Assembly (NCBI GenBank): GCA_977017645.1
Contig: OZ360220.1
Span: forward strand, 187,550,001 to 187,614,000
Direction: 5' to 3'
DNA: 64,000 bases
From: Torpedo marmorata
Lineage: Eukaryota
A model generated the notes under the pieces. That model was not told where the DNA came from, searched no databases, and saw only the letters and a list, made by a program, of their open reading frames with translations. Below, in pieces: positions 1-12,035 of this stretch; the first letter of the stretch is position 1; each line of letters starts with the position of its first letter. The position numbers were made by a program, and so were the translations under genes.

Positions 1-73
1 TGCAGCAAGCAAAAATTTTGGTGCATCAGTATATTGTACTTGTGTATATAGCAACAAACTCTCATATTCATAC

Positions 74-290
74 TCAATTCGTTTTCATCTTTTCTCTGGT
101 CCTTGCATCAATCTCCTTAAAACTATGTGCTTTCATTTGAGACTTTCCTAGCACTGAAAACAATTTATTTTTATTAGCTCCTTCAATCCTTTCCCATGTT
201 TGAGCACCTTTATTAAATCTCCCATTTGTCGTCTTCATTCTAAGCAGAATGATTTCAAAATCTCTAAAATTTCTGAAAGCCAATGTTTTG
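74..290 (-). mobile_element. Decayed CR1-type LINE 3' fragment
   Basis: Minus-strand peptide ...ERIEGANKNKLFSVLGKSQMKAHSFKEIDARTREKMK resembles the CR1 ORF2 C-terminus (DRVDxEKLFPLVGESRTRGH). Confidence 0.5.
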
Positions 291-414
291 TGCTTCAATT
301 GTATTCTTCATACAGAAAAGCAGCAACTGTTATATTATCCTCACCAAGACAATGCAGTAATCTAAAACCAAGTTGAAAAATATTCTATTTGCAAAAGCTT
401 CCAATGACTACTGC

Positions 415-635
415 AAAATACAAAAGTGCTGAGGAAACTCAGCAGGTCATGCAGCATTCATAAGAAGTAAAAGGCAATCACAGTTCCGGGCCTACGCTCT
501 TCATTCCTGACGATGGGCTCAAGCCCAAAATGTTGATTGCCTTTTACTTCCGATGGATGCTATATGACCTGCTAAGTTTCTCCAGCACTTTTGTGGACTG
601 CACAAAACCCCAGCATCTGCATATTATTTTGTTTA
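415..635. mobile_element. Short Penelope-derived inverted element (pLTR remnants)
   Basis: gtgctgaggaaactcagcaggtca ... tgacctgctaagtttctccagcac form inverted arms around a degenerate hammerhead core (cctgacgatgggctcaagcccaaaa). Confidence 0.6.
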
Positions 636-1104
636 AATCCAATGACTTGCTGTATGTTTACTGTCTTATTTACAGGATAGGAACAAGAAATAGGAGCAGG
701 AGTCAGCTCTCTGGTCCGTCCAGCCTGTCCCACCATTCAGCAAGATCTTGGCTGATCTGGTCATCAGCTCCCCTTACTCGCCTGTTCCTCATAACCCTTA
801 ATTCCCCTATTCATCAAAACATTAATACAGAAAAGGATGAGGAATTAGATTATTAGAGTGTGGGTGGGCTACTGAAAGATATAAACACAAAATTGTTGTT
901 ATAATGCAATTATCAAAGTAGACATCAATACAGATTGTTAAAAAACTATTTGATTTTTGAAACTATGTGGAGCCTTGATCTTTACACACATACATACTTC
1001 TGCCAAAGTTAATAAATATAATTCCTGTCTTCAGTTTTTCTGTAAATTTACAGCTGTACGTTCAATGACCAATTAAACATGAATACAAGTTTACCCTTTA
1101 AGTT

Positions 1105-1307
1105 GCGCTAGGGTAGCATAGAGGCTAAGTTGCTGGACTAACAATCTCAAGGTCTAGATTCACAAGCAAAATGCATGACTTTAGAACCCACCATAGAACT
1201 GTGGAATTTTAAATTTTAAATTAAAAAATAAAAACATATGGAATGAAGTAAAGCAGGTCTATATTATAGTGATTTTGCAACCACCAGTCAAAAGCTCCTG
1301 TGGTTGA
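1105..1307 (+). mobile_element. Old tRNA-derived SINE, 5' part (3' part resumes at about 7520-7670)
   Basis: Degenerate A/B-box-like head (gtagcatagagg...ctggacta...agaacccaccat); a body-like sequence continues after the Rex1/L1 insertion. Confidence 0.4.
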
Positions 1308-1390
1308 TGATGATGAGATTTTATTGTCATATACTGTATATAAATACAATGTACAGAGGCACCGAAATTCTTACTTGCTGCAGTTACATA
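1308..1390 (-). mobile_element. Rex1/Babar-type LINE 3' tail, split by L1
   Basis: tttattgtcata...gaaattcttacttgctgcag is the same tail as at 25285-25360. Confidence 0.6.
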
Positions 1391-1391
1391 A

Positions 1392-2690
1392 GTTCATAAG
1401 GCAAAGGTAACTGTAGCACCAGCGCCGTCCTCCCGGGGAGCTGGGGAAAATGGCGCTGGTGCTCGAAGAAAATGTAAAGAACTACAACTTCCAGTTAAAA
1501 AACTACAACTTCCGGTTAAAGAACTACAACTTCCGGTGGAACTTCCGCGCATGCGCGAAACGACGCACATGCGCGATAACGATCGCGAACTGTCAGCTAC
1601 AGCTGACAGTGGAAGAAAAGCGTTGCAAACGCTCTGCTGTGAAGCTGAGCAGGATTTTTTGCCGGCAGATTCAGAAGAGAAGGGAAGAGAGGAAGAAGAA
1701 TGTCGGGAATTGGAATGCAAGAGATGGAGGGAGAGGAGCAAGAAGAAGTAAGTGAAGAAGAGGAGGCTCCAGTGCTTTTAGGTAGACAAGAATTAACAAT
1801 GACACTTATTGAAGCCATGGACAGATTAACAAAAGAAGTTGCATCACTGAATCAACGTATGCAACATGGGTTTAAAGAGGTCAAGGAAGAAATAAAAGCT
1901 GTTAAACAAGATATGAAAAAACATTCAAACATTGTGGATAAAATGCTACTGAGGGTTCAAAAAATTGAAGAGAAGGTTAAGGACCATTACGAGGATTTGG
2001 TGGACTATAAGGACAGAGTGGACAAAGTGGAAGATTCGTTCACAGGTTGGGAGCTACAAAAGAATGAACTTTTATAAAAATTTGAGGTATTGGAAAACCA
2101 GTCGGAGAAACAATGTGGGTCTGCCCGAAGATTTTGAAGGAACAAATCCAACAATATTTTTTCAAGAATGGATTCCACTGACCTTGGGAAAGGATCATTT
2201 TCCGGATGGACTTGAACTGGATAGAGCCCATAGAGATAGCAGGAGAAAACCATATCCGGGTCAAAAGCCACGCTCAATTCTAATTAGGTACCTCAGATAC
2301 CAGGATAAAGAAAATATACTGAAATTGGCTGTTCAAAAGGCAAGAATTCAGCATGGCCCGTTGAGAATCGATAAAAGTAGTGTGTTTTTTTATGCTGATT
2401 TGAGTTCGGCAATTATAAAAAAAAGGAAAGAATTTAATCCGGCAAAAGCGGTTTTGTGGGGAAAAGGATATAAATTTTCTTTTAGATATCCTGCGACATT
2501 GAAAGTTCAGTCAGTAGAGAACCAGTCACTTTTCTTTACTGACCCTCATGAAGCGCTACACCATGCAAATACACTTCCGGAATTAAAGAAAGATCAAGAC
2601 TTTTCGGGGCGACATCAAGTCATCTTACCGGCTCAAAAATTGCTCTCGCCAAGAGTTTTGGAACAAGAAAATGGGGTCGTAACCGATTAG
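1392..2690 (+). pseudogene. L1 ORF1p (coiled coil + RRM/CTD), frameshifted
   Basis: Coiled coil at 1700-2077, then SRRNN..GLPE..EG, ELDRAHR, PRSILIRYLRYQDKE, FFYADLS and YPATLKV motifs. An upstream frame is open from 1392 to 1751. Confidence 0.9.
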
Positions 2691-3013
2691 GATCAAATTA
2701 ATAAAGATCTTGAAGTTGTTGGCTGAAGAGACGATAACAAAATTTGTTGGAAATCTGTATGGGGGGAGGTGGACTTTTTGTCTTCTTCGTACCTAATCGC
2801 GCGTCAGTTTAGTGGGGAGGGCCACTTCCCGAGCAATGGAGGGTGGTAGTACTGGTGTAAATATACCAGTATTATATATAGTGGGTTCTTTAGTTCTCTA
2901 TTCTCTTTTTGTATCCTTTTCTCTTTTTCTTTCTAAGGAGATGTCAAATAGATTACAGATGTGGAAGGGGGAGCCGGCGGTTCCGATGGAGAGAGAGTTA
3001 TTATATATCAACA

Positions 3014-6000
3014 ATGGCGGACAGTAAATTAATAAATGTAGTCAGTATTAATATAAATGGGCTCAATAATCCGATTAAAAGAAAGAAAACTTTAGCATAC
3101 ATCAAAAAGCTAAATGTAGACATAGCTTTATTACAAGAGATGCATCTGACTGATTTAGAACATCAGAAATTGAAAAGAGAATGGGTTGGTCAAGTGGTAG
3201 CGTCTTCATTTAACTCTAAGGCTAAAGGTGTTGCTATACTAATTAATAAGAAGTTACCCTTTAAAATACAATCGGTGATTACTGACGTGTCAGGAAGATA
3301 TGTCTTAATAAACTGTCAGATATATTCAGAAATGTCGACTCTTATGAATATATATGTGCCAAATACGCAAGATGAACAATTTATTCAGGATTCCTTTATG
3401 CATTTGTCAGAGGCAAATGATAATATTTTAATTGGTGGAGATTTTAATTGTTGTTTAGACCCAGTAACGGATAAAACATCCAAGTCAATCATTAGAACTA
3501 AAACTGCTAAAAGAATTCTTACTATGATGAAAGATCTGAATTTAATTGATATTTGGAGGAAGTTGAATCCGAGAGAAAAAGACTACTCTTTTTATTCTTC
3601 TAGACATGATTCTTATTCTAGAATAGACATGTTTTTGCTGTCAGCACAATTACAAGATAGGGTGGATCAAGTACAATATAAGGCGAGATTAATTTCTGAC
3701 CATTCGCCTTTATTAATGTCATGCATAATTCTGGAAAAAGAAAAAAAAATATATATAGATGGAGGTTTAACTCTTCTTTATTAAAAAGAGCGGATTTTTG
3801 TAAATATATAAGAAGAGAAATCCAAGAATTCTTACAGATTAACTCGGATTCCATTGAAAATAAATTTATTATTTGGGATGCTTTGAAAGCTTATTTAAGA
3901 GGTCAGATAATAAGTTATTCAGCAAAAGTTAAGAAGGAAAATATTCAGGAATTGGATAACTTGGAGAAGGAGATTGAGTTTTTGGAGAAGGATTTACAAA
4001 AAAAGAGATCAGAAGAAAAGAAGAAAGATTTAATTGAGAAAAAATTATATTATAATACGTTACAAACATATAAATTGGAAAAACTCATTGAAAGAACTAA
4101 GTAAAGGTATTATGAATTGGGAAAAAGAGCTCATAAGGTTTTAGCCTGGCAAGTAAAGAAGGAACAAACCTCCAGAACTATAACGGCTATAAAAAAGAAT
4201 TCTAAGAAAATAACTTATAAACCGTGAGAAATAAATGATTCTTTCAAAGATTTTTATTTGAATTTATATACATCTCAAGTCGATTAAGATGATTCTAAAA
4301 TTAACAAATTTTTATCCAAAATTAAGATGCCCAGGTTAGATACACTTAGTAAAGAATCTTTAGATTCACCATTTACGATGAGGGAAGTTAATGAGGTTCT
4401 TAGTTCTTTAACAAGTGGGAAATCTCTGGGGGAGGATGGTTTCCCATCAGAATTTTATAAGAAATTTAAGGACTTATTGATACCTCCTTATATGGAGGTG
4501 TTAAAACAAATAACGGAAACTCATTCTCTACCGGAAACCTTCTCAAATGCAATAATAACAGTCATACCGTAAAAAGATAGAGACTTGTTGAAAACAGAAT
4601 CATATAGACCAATATCATTGTTAAATGTGGATTATAAAATAATGGCGAAAGTTTTAGCAAATATTTACCAGATTTAGTTCATGTAGATCAAGCAGGCTTT
4701 ATTAAGAACAGATATTCAAAAGATAATATCGCTAGATTAATTAGTTTAATAAACGTGGCACAAAAGAGAGAGGAACTGGCATTAGTATTAACATTAGATG
4801 CCGAAAAGGCTTTTGATAGATTAGAGTGGAATTATTTATTTAAGTTACTGGAAAAATTCGGTTTTGGAAATACATTTATTAATTGGATTAAAACTATATA
4901 TAAAGAACCTTCTGCTAGAGTGGTCACAAATGGACAAATATCTTCAAAATTTTCCTTAACTAGGTCTACTAGACAAGGTTGTCCTTTATCGCCAGCATTG
5001 TTTATTTTAGCAATAGAACCTTTAGCTGAATTAATTAGACAAGATATTAAGATTGCAGGTATTAAAGTTGGTAATGAAGAACACAAAATTAGTTTATTTG
5101 CAGATGATGTATTGATATATATGACAAAACCTATTAATTCTTTAGTGCAACTGTCTGTTTTATTGAAAGAATATGGGGAAATATCTGGTTATAAGATTAA
5201 TTCAGATAAAAGTGAAATTATGCCTTTAACACAAGGGGATTATAGTAAATGTAAAGAAATTACACAATTTAAATGGTCAAAGGAAGGAATTAAATATTTG
5301 GGAATAAAGATTGATACAAAATTAACTAATCTGTATAAATTAAACTACTTACCATTATTTGTGAATATAAAAAAAAGATCTGGAGAGTTGGAAGGATTTA
5401 CCTATAACTCTAATGGGAAGGGTAAATTGTATTAAAATGAATGTTTTTCCGAGAATTCAATATCTTTTTCAATCAATTCCTTATGAAATTCCTCAGAAAT
5501 TTTTAAAGGATTTAAATTTAATTATTAGGAAATTTTTGTGGAAAGGAAAGCTGGCTAGAGTAGGTATGGAGAAATTAACCTGGAATTATGAAATGGGTGG
5601 TCTACAGCTTCCTAATTTTCAATATTACTATAAAGCAGCCCAGCTAAAATTTATTAACGAACTGTTTGATTTAGGGAAACTTTCTGCTTGAATTAGAATA
5701 GAATTAAATAATATAGGAGAGGATTTGAAAGAAGAAGTCATTTATAAATGGAATTCTAAATTATTATTAACTAAAGGGAAAAATTCTCCTATTTTTAGGC
5801 ATTTGTTAGAAATATGGAATAGAGTGGATAGAGAAATAGGAGCGAAAGGGTCAATCTCTTGAAGAATGCCTCTGTATCAAAATAATCTTATCCAATTTAC
5901 TGTTGATAATCAATTATTTAAAATTTGGTTCCAAAGGGGAATTAAGGAAATAAATGATTGTTTTGAAGCTGGTAAATTTATTATGTTTCAAAGAATGAAG

Positions 6001-6792
6001 GATAAGTTTAGTGTAGCAAATAATACAATCCTTGCTTACTATCAAATCAGAGCATTTTTAGTTGAAAGGTTGGGCCATAGTTTGATTTTACCAAGACAGA
6101 CAGATTTGAAATTATTAGTTACTACTGGAGGTTTTCCTAAATTTATTTCTCAAATGTATAGATTGTTACAGAAAAAATTGCCTAAACCAGGAGTTCACAA
6201 ATCAAGATTAAAATGGGAAGCAGATTTGAATGTAACAATAGATGAAGAACACTGGAAGGAATTAGGTAAACAAAGTATGACGAAGATTATCAATGTTAGA
6301 TATAGATTGGTGCAATATAATTTTTTTCATCAATTATATTTAACACCTAAAAGACTAAAGAAATTTAATCTGACATTATCTGGTTTATGTTTTAGATGTA
6401 ATAGTGAGGAAGGTTCCTTTGTACATTCTACATGGCTTTGTTCAAAGATGCAGGATTTCTGGTTGAAAGTTAAAAAGTTTTTAGACAAAGTATTAAGAAT
6501 TACACTCCCAATGGATCCTATGATATTTTTGTTTGGAGATATTAAAGGAACTAGTGTTAAAATGAAATTAGATATGTATCAAACAGAATTTTTACGTATT
6601 GCTTTAGCCGTTTCTAAGAAATGTATTGCCATTACATGGAAATCAGATGTAGATTTAGGGTTAGAAAGATGGCATGCAGAATTGCGTTCATGTTTACCTC
6701 TTGAAAAAATTACTTATAATTTACGTAATAAATATCATTTCTTTTTGAAAATATGGAGCCCATATATAAAAACTGTCGGTTTAAGGATTTGA
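3014..6792 (+). pseudogene. L1 ORF2p (endonuclease-reverse transcriptase) with several stops and frameshifts
   Basis: SININGL, LLQE, GGDFN, SRIDMF and SDHSP (APE); LDAEKAFD, TRQGCPLSP, LFADD and KYLGI (RT); CFRC...HSTWLC. Confidence 0.95.
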
Positions 6793-7028
6793 GGATCTCC
6801 ACATACTGGATCTGACTGGCGATTAGGTTATAGTAGTTTTGTTTACAGTGACATTCTCCTTACTTTATCTTTTTCTTCTCTCTTTCTTTCTTTTCGGGAG
6901 GGTTAGGGAGGGGAGGGAGGGAGGGAGGGAGGGGGGGGTGAAAATGTATCACATGTAATTTGATAACTTTGCAGTTTAAGCTATGTACTGTGTGATTTAA
7001 AATTTTAATAAAATATATTAAAAAAAAG

Positions 7029-7520
7029 GTAGACCAATTACAAAAGTAAAAATTAATTGATCACAATATGTCAAGATGCAAAAAGAGATAATAGATATGA
7101 AAGGATTGGTAAATAATGTTCACTGTTGCAGTTATTGCAAGAATGTGCAGACAGATCTTTTCGTAGTCGTCGATTAGTTTATGGTGAGGGTGAGGATAGT
7201 ACATGAGGTTCAAGAGCCTGATAGCTGTTGGGGAAAAAACTGTTCTTGAACCGAGAGATGCTGGACTTCAGGCTTCTGTGCCTACTGTCTGACGGAAGAA
7301 GCAAGAAGAACTGTGACCAGGGAGATAGATTTCTTTATGATGTTGGCTGCCTTCTTGAGGTAGTGTCCCTCATCAATGAAAGGGAGATCGGTGCCTGTGA
7401 TGGCTAGGTTTGCCAGTTCTTGCAGCCTTTTGCGTTCTTGGGCACTCGAATTTCCAAACCAGGCTGTGATGCAACCAATCAGTATTCATTCCAAAGTACA
7501 CCTGTAGAAGTTTACCAATG
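7029..7520 (-). mobile_element. Rex1/Babar LINE 3' coding end, continuation of 1308-1390
   Basis: ggttcaagagcctgatagctgttggg...ctgttcttgaac...ctgtagaagttt is the reverse complement of the Rex1 RT C-terminus seen in other copies in this window. Confidence 0.7.
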
Positions 7521-8119
7521 CTCAAGAAAATCTTCCATCTTTAACCAGTTTGGCTAGTATTTGACTCCTCGCTCTCAACCCTCAACTGGTTGACTCTTAA
7601 TTGGTTCAGGGATAGGCCGGCGAGTTATGGAGTTCAAGGGCAGTCACCAAGGGTTAATAATAAAGTCCATATCACTGACATCAGAGAAAAAAGCAAAAGC
7701 ACATATTTAGTAATTATTATAAAACCAAAATTATGACCCCACAGGAGAAAATTAATTCATGTGATCATTAAATGAAGCAATTGTGGAAGAGAGGATTTTG
7801 CATGTAGCTTTAAGCTCATGTTTACCTCTCCATCCATTCACAAACATTTTTAGCATTTATAACAGGTTCACCTTGGTGAGCAGGTGTTACACAGATGTTG
7901 GGCTACTTTGGTGCCATGACCAGAGCAAAAAAGCTAGTGTACTTTCAAGAAATATTCACCATCTTTCGTTAATTCTTAGAAAATCAGGGTAAATTCATTC
8001 TTCCCCTGGACTTCTGCTTTTGAAAAATTGATTACAAATGGATAAGATATTAAAAATAGAGTAAAGTGAAATGAGTTTTTTTTAATTAACACCTGGGTTC
8101 ACTCTGCCATTGAAGAAAC

Positions 8120-8460
8120 TGACTTGCATTTATAAAATGTATTTTGTTGATATTCCAAAGCACTTTACAACTAATGAAATTGTTTTGTAATGTGTTCACT
8201 GTTGTAAAATAGGAAACTCAGTGGCCACTTTTCACACAGAAAGCTCCCGAAATGCATGTTAAAAGTCAGAAAAAAGGGTTGGGTCTTGAACATGGGAATC
8301 ATGGGAACATATATATTCAGCTGATAGAGCACAAATAGATCTTTCATTTAATATCCCATCTGAAAGAGGGCACCTCTGAGGTGTCCCTCAGTACTGCAAT
8401 GGAGAATCATCATTCTGTGCTCAGCCCTTGAACTTATTAACCACTAAGCAGCACACTGTC
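8120..8460 (-). mobile_element. Ancient DeuSINE-like (SacSINE1/AmnSINE1-type) remnant
   Basis: tttaatatcccatctgaaagagggcacctctga...ccctcagtactgcaatggag and the caaagcactttaca tail resemble Deu-domain SINEs (from memory of the consensus). Confidence 0.5.
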
Positions 8461-11400
8461 AACCATTTAGTCACTCTCCAGCTGTCTGCCTGTCTTCCTT
8501 CAGGTCTCTCTGATGACCTATCCTTTCTATAAATGATCCTATTTCCAAAAGAGCACGAGAAAATTCCATTCATTCAAACATGACATGTCCACTGACAGCT
8601 AATTAATTAAAAGCAGAAAATGATGGGACACTCCACTGGCAGCGTTTGAGGGGAAAATGTTAACTCTTTCCCCTGCCACAGATGTTGACTGACCTGCTAA
8701 GAATTCCCAGCATTTTTCATTTTTCTTATTTCAGATTTCCAGCACCTGCAGTTTTGTTTCTGCTTTTAATCCAACAAGTTAATCTCACCATCATTAATAG
8801 ATGCCAACAAAACTGGTCAATTATGATTTACTACTTAAAATAATGTTATCACATGAAGATTTAAGAAGATAAATGTGCATGAACAGTCACCAAGCCATTT
8901 TATTAATGAGTCAGCAAGAGCTTGGCTAAAAATATCAAGTGTTTATTCAACAAACAAGAAGCCTTGTGGTTATAGATATCACTGTTTGGAAAAGCTGAGA
9001 AGTTTGAACCATTGGGTTGGTTTGTGACCTTTCTTCAATTTGCATTCCAAAATATTATCAAGATTTTTTTTTGTTAACATCTCTTATTTTCCTTTAAATT
9101 TTGCTCCACCATCTGTGTTTATTTTGTCTGATGATTCATTCGCAAGAGGAGGAGTTTCTTCTGAGCTGGTATTGTAAATGATCTCTCTGTTAATCTGGCA
9201 CCCTGAAACCTACAGATCACTTGATGGATGATTCACAGGCAGGCATCTGTGAATGGTTGAGAATGAAAGATAGATTGCAAAAGACATGCAGACCAAATCA
9301 AATATATCCGTTCTATGCATGTAAGCACAGTTAAATATTCAAGTGTGTAGTTTACAAGCATTGAATTACAGTCTGGAAGTCACAATATGGAGCACAAGCA
9401 AGCCCTTTGCAAAAGCAATGCAAAAGCAAGCCCTTTGCAAGGGCAATCCAGCCCCTTTCTCCCCCTGACACCCTCGCTCCTTGACAGTCTGTCTGTGACC
9501 TAGGTGAAGTGAGACACTCCTGTGTTATACCCAACAATCTGAGTCTGTTGTACCTCAACCCATCAATTCAATATGTGGAGCATTATTTGAGCAATGCTAT
9601 TTATGCTCAAGAATTGTAGGAAGAGTTCACATTCCCTGTCCAAATTTCGCTCAGCTTCTGTGGGTGTGTAACATCAACTTATGGGTGAAATGGATCACGG
9701 GATGGTAATTAACTAATACTTTTAAGATTACAGTTCTGAAGGAATATTCGTGGAATCATCATGAAATCATGCAGCACAGACGGAGGCCACGTGGCTCATC
9801 GTGCTGGAACTTTGAAAGGGCTTTTCACTCCCCTGCTCATTCCCTGGACTCCTGCAAATTTTCCCCTGCATGTGTTGCCCAATTTCTCTTTGGACATTAC
9901 CATTGTATCTGGTTCCACTGCCCTCTCAAACAACACATTCCAGGTCAGAACAATTCATTGCCTGAAATATTCTCTCCATCTTCTCTCCTATTTTTTTGAC
10001 AATAATCTTAAATGTGTCTTTTTCTGGTTACAAGTTTTCCTCTTAGTGAAACAAATGTCTTCCTATTTACACAACTAAAACATTCCACATCTCTCAACGT
10101 CTCTACAAACATCCCCTTATCTGCCCTGAAGAGATCAGTTTGAATCCACATAATTAAAGCCACTCATCTCTAGACATTATTCTATTAATAAAAATAAAGT
10201 TACAGATGCCAAAAATCTGAAATAAAAACAGAAACTGCTGGAGAGATTCAATAGGTCAGGTAAGATCTGCAGAGAGAGGATCAGAGCTGGTTTTGAAGAA
10301 ATTATCTTTCATCAGAAGTATTAAAAGTTGGAAAGCAGTCATGTTCTAAGTTGTAAAGAAGTGAGCGGGTTGGAAGGGACAAAGGGAATGTGTGTGAAAG
10401 GGTGGAGACCAAAAGAGAGTGAATGACATGGACTATGTCAATAAATATCTGAGCAAGGGTGGAAAGGACTTGTTGATTGCAGCAACTCTGATCAGATGTA
10501 CTTAAAAGGGGAATAATCTTTGCTGCAGTCTCTCCATATATCTCGAGAACTTTCTCTTCATCCTTCGTAGAATGACATATTGCAAACGCTCTGAAAAGGT
10601 TGTTCGCTCGAATGTCAGAGCATTTTATTTTTCAAATTCTGGCAACATCAAGGGCTGAGGAATGTTGAAAATGATACATCGCCCCTGTTGCTGAATGCCA
10701 AGAGGAACAATTCAAGCCTGGGATTCCAGAAAGCTTTGAATGACTGCATGATGAGTCACTGTGGAGGAAACCAGAACAATTTGAAGTCGGCAATATCACA
10801 GTCCCAGCTCGAGTCTGAGCTGTCTAACAACTAGAATTAGTGGTGTTTCAATGGTTCAAATACATTGACCCTATGAGCATTGCAGCAGTGTTTATGATGC
10901 ACGTCTTGAAGTGATTTTAGAAAGTGAAAGGTTTGCAATTTTCCTTAAGTCCAGTTACTATAAATATAACAGATTCCCAGCACATTTCTTATGGTTTATT
11001 CAGATCTTACTGCAAATAAATTCTTCTGACAATTCTTCCCCGCTTGATCGAATCTTTAACTTTGTATTTTCCATTCTTCAGCATTACCATGTGCAAGGGG
11101 CATTTTTAACCTGGGGGTCAATTGGTTTGGGAGCTTAAAACTGGCAAAAATTTCAGCTTTCCAAAAATAGGCCCCTAACTACCATCTCCCTAGTTTAACA
11201 AGAGTACATTAAGGATGCAGAGACTACATAATGATGTGGGACTTCTACTCAGGTGCAGAAGGAATGTAATGGTCCCCCTTCTCTCTGTTGTCTTTTCTCC
11301 ATTATTCCATGAGCAAAATCAGTTCATTATTCAAGGGTGGTCTGGAACAAGAGAGTAGGATGTTCAAGAGTGATTTCACAGAGGTGAAGATGTGGAACTC

Positions 11401-11685
11401 TCTCCCCCAGCAAGCTTTGGGATCAATCCAGTGATTGATCACTGAGAATGATAACACATGAAGAAACCAAGATGGTTAAAATTATGGGATGCGGAAAAGC
11501 AATGATCTACTTGAATGGAGGAATAAACATATAAAGCACTGGATAGGCTACATCTGGAGTATTGGTCATCTAATGTTAGGAAGGATGTGAAGGCCCATGA
11601 AAAGGTGCGGAAAGGAGTTCCAGGAATGAAAATGTTTAACTGCATTCAGACTGGAGAGGGTGGATTGTTCTAATCAGAGCAATTA

Positions 11686-11895
11686 GGGCAGCATGGTTAG
11701 CATAGTGGTTAGCGCCATCGACCCGGGTTCAAATTTGGTGCTGTCTGTAAGGGGTCTGTGTTTGTGTGGGTTTTCTCTCCGGGTGCTCCGGTTTCCTCCC
11801 ACCCTCCAAAAATGTACGGGTTTGTAGGTTAATTGGTGAATTGGAGCGGCACGGGCTCATGGGCCAGAAGGGCCTGTTACTGTGCTGTATGTCAA
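11686..11895 (+). mobile_element. tRNA-derived SINE (HE1/V-SINE-like)
   Basis: tagcatagtggttagc A box, gggttcaaat B box, ccgggtgctccggtttcctccc core, CR1-like tail gggccagaagggcctgtt. Confidence 0.85.
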
Positions 11896-12035
11896 AGAAG
11901 GCCAAAGGGAAGGTTGGAGGAAGTGCTCAAGAACATGACGGGTTAAGTCGGGGTAAAGAGTGGAAAGTTGCTCTAATTCTATGGATTGTTCAAGAAACAG
12001 ATTTGTTCCTTGTTTGTATGATCTGCCTTCATGCA

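Larger units (their letters stand above)
1391..7027 (+). mobile_element. Near-full-length L1-clade LINE, inactivated
   Basis: ORF1 plus ORF2 (APE endonuclease, RT, C-terminal Cys-His motif), G-rich 3'UTR, AATAAA and A tail. The 5' edge is ambiguous: 1391, or 1410 if aaaggta at 1403-1409/7025-7031 is the TSD. Confidence 0.95.

Noticed and set aside
7866-7989. Plus-strand AG...GT exon candidate (also 9000-9200, 27110-27205, 48840-48920, 59880-60230)
   Set aside because: The splice signals are weak, the strands are inconsistent and no protein is recognisable, so they cannot be supported.
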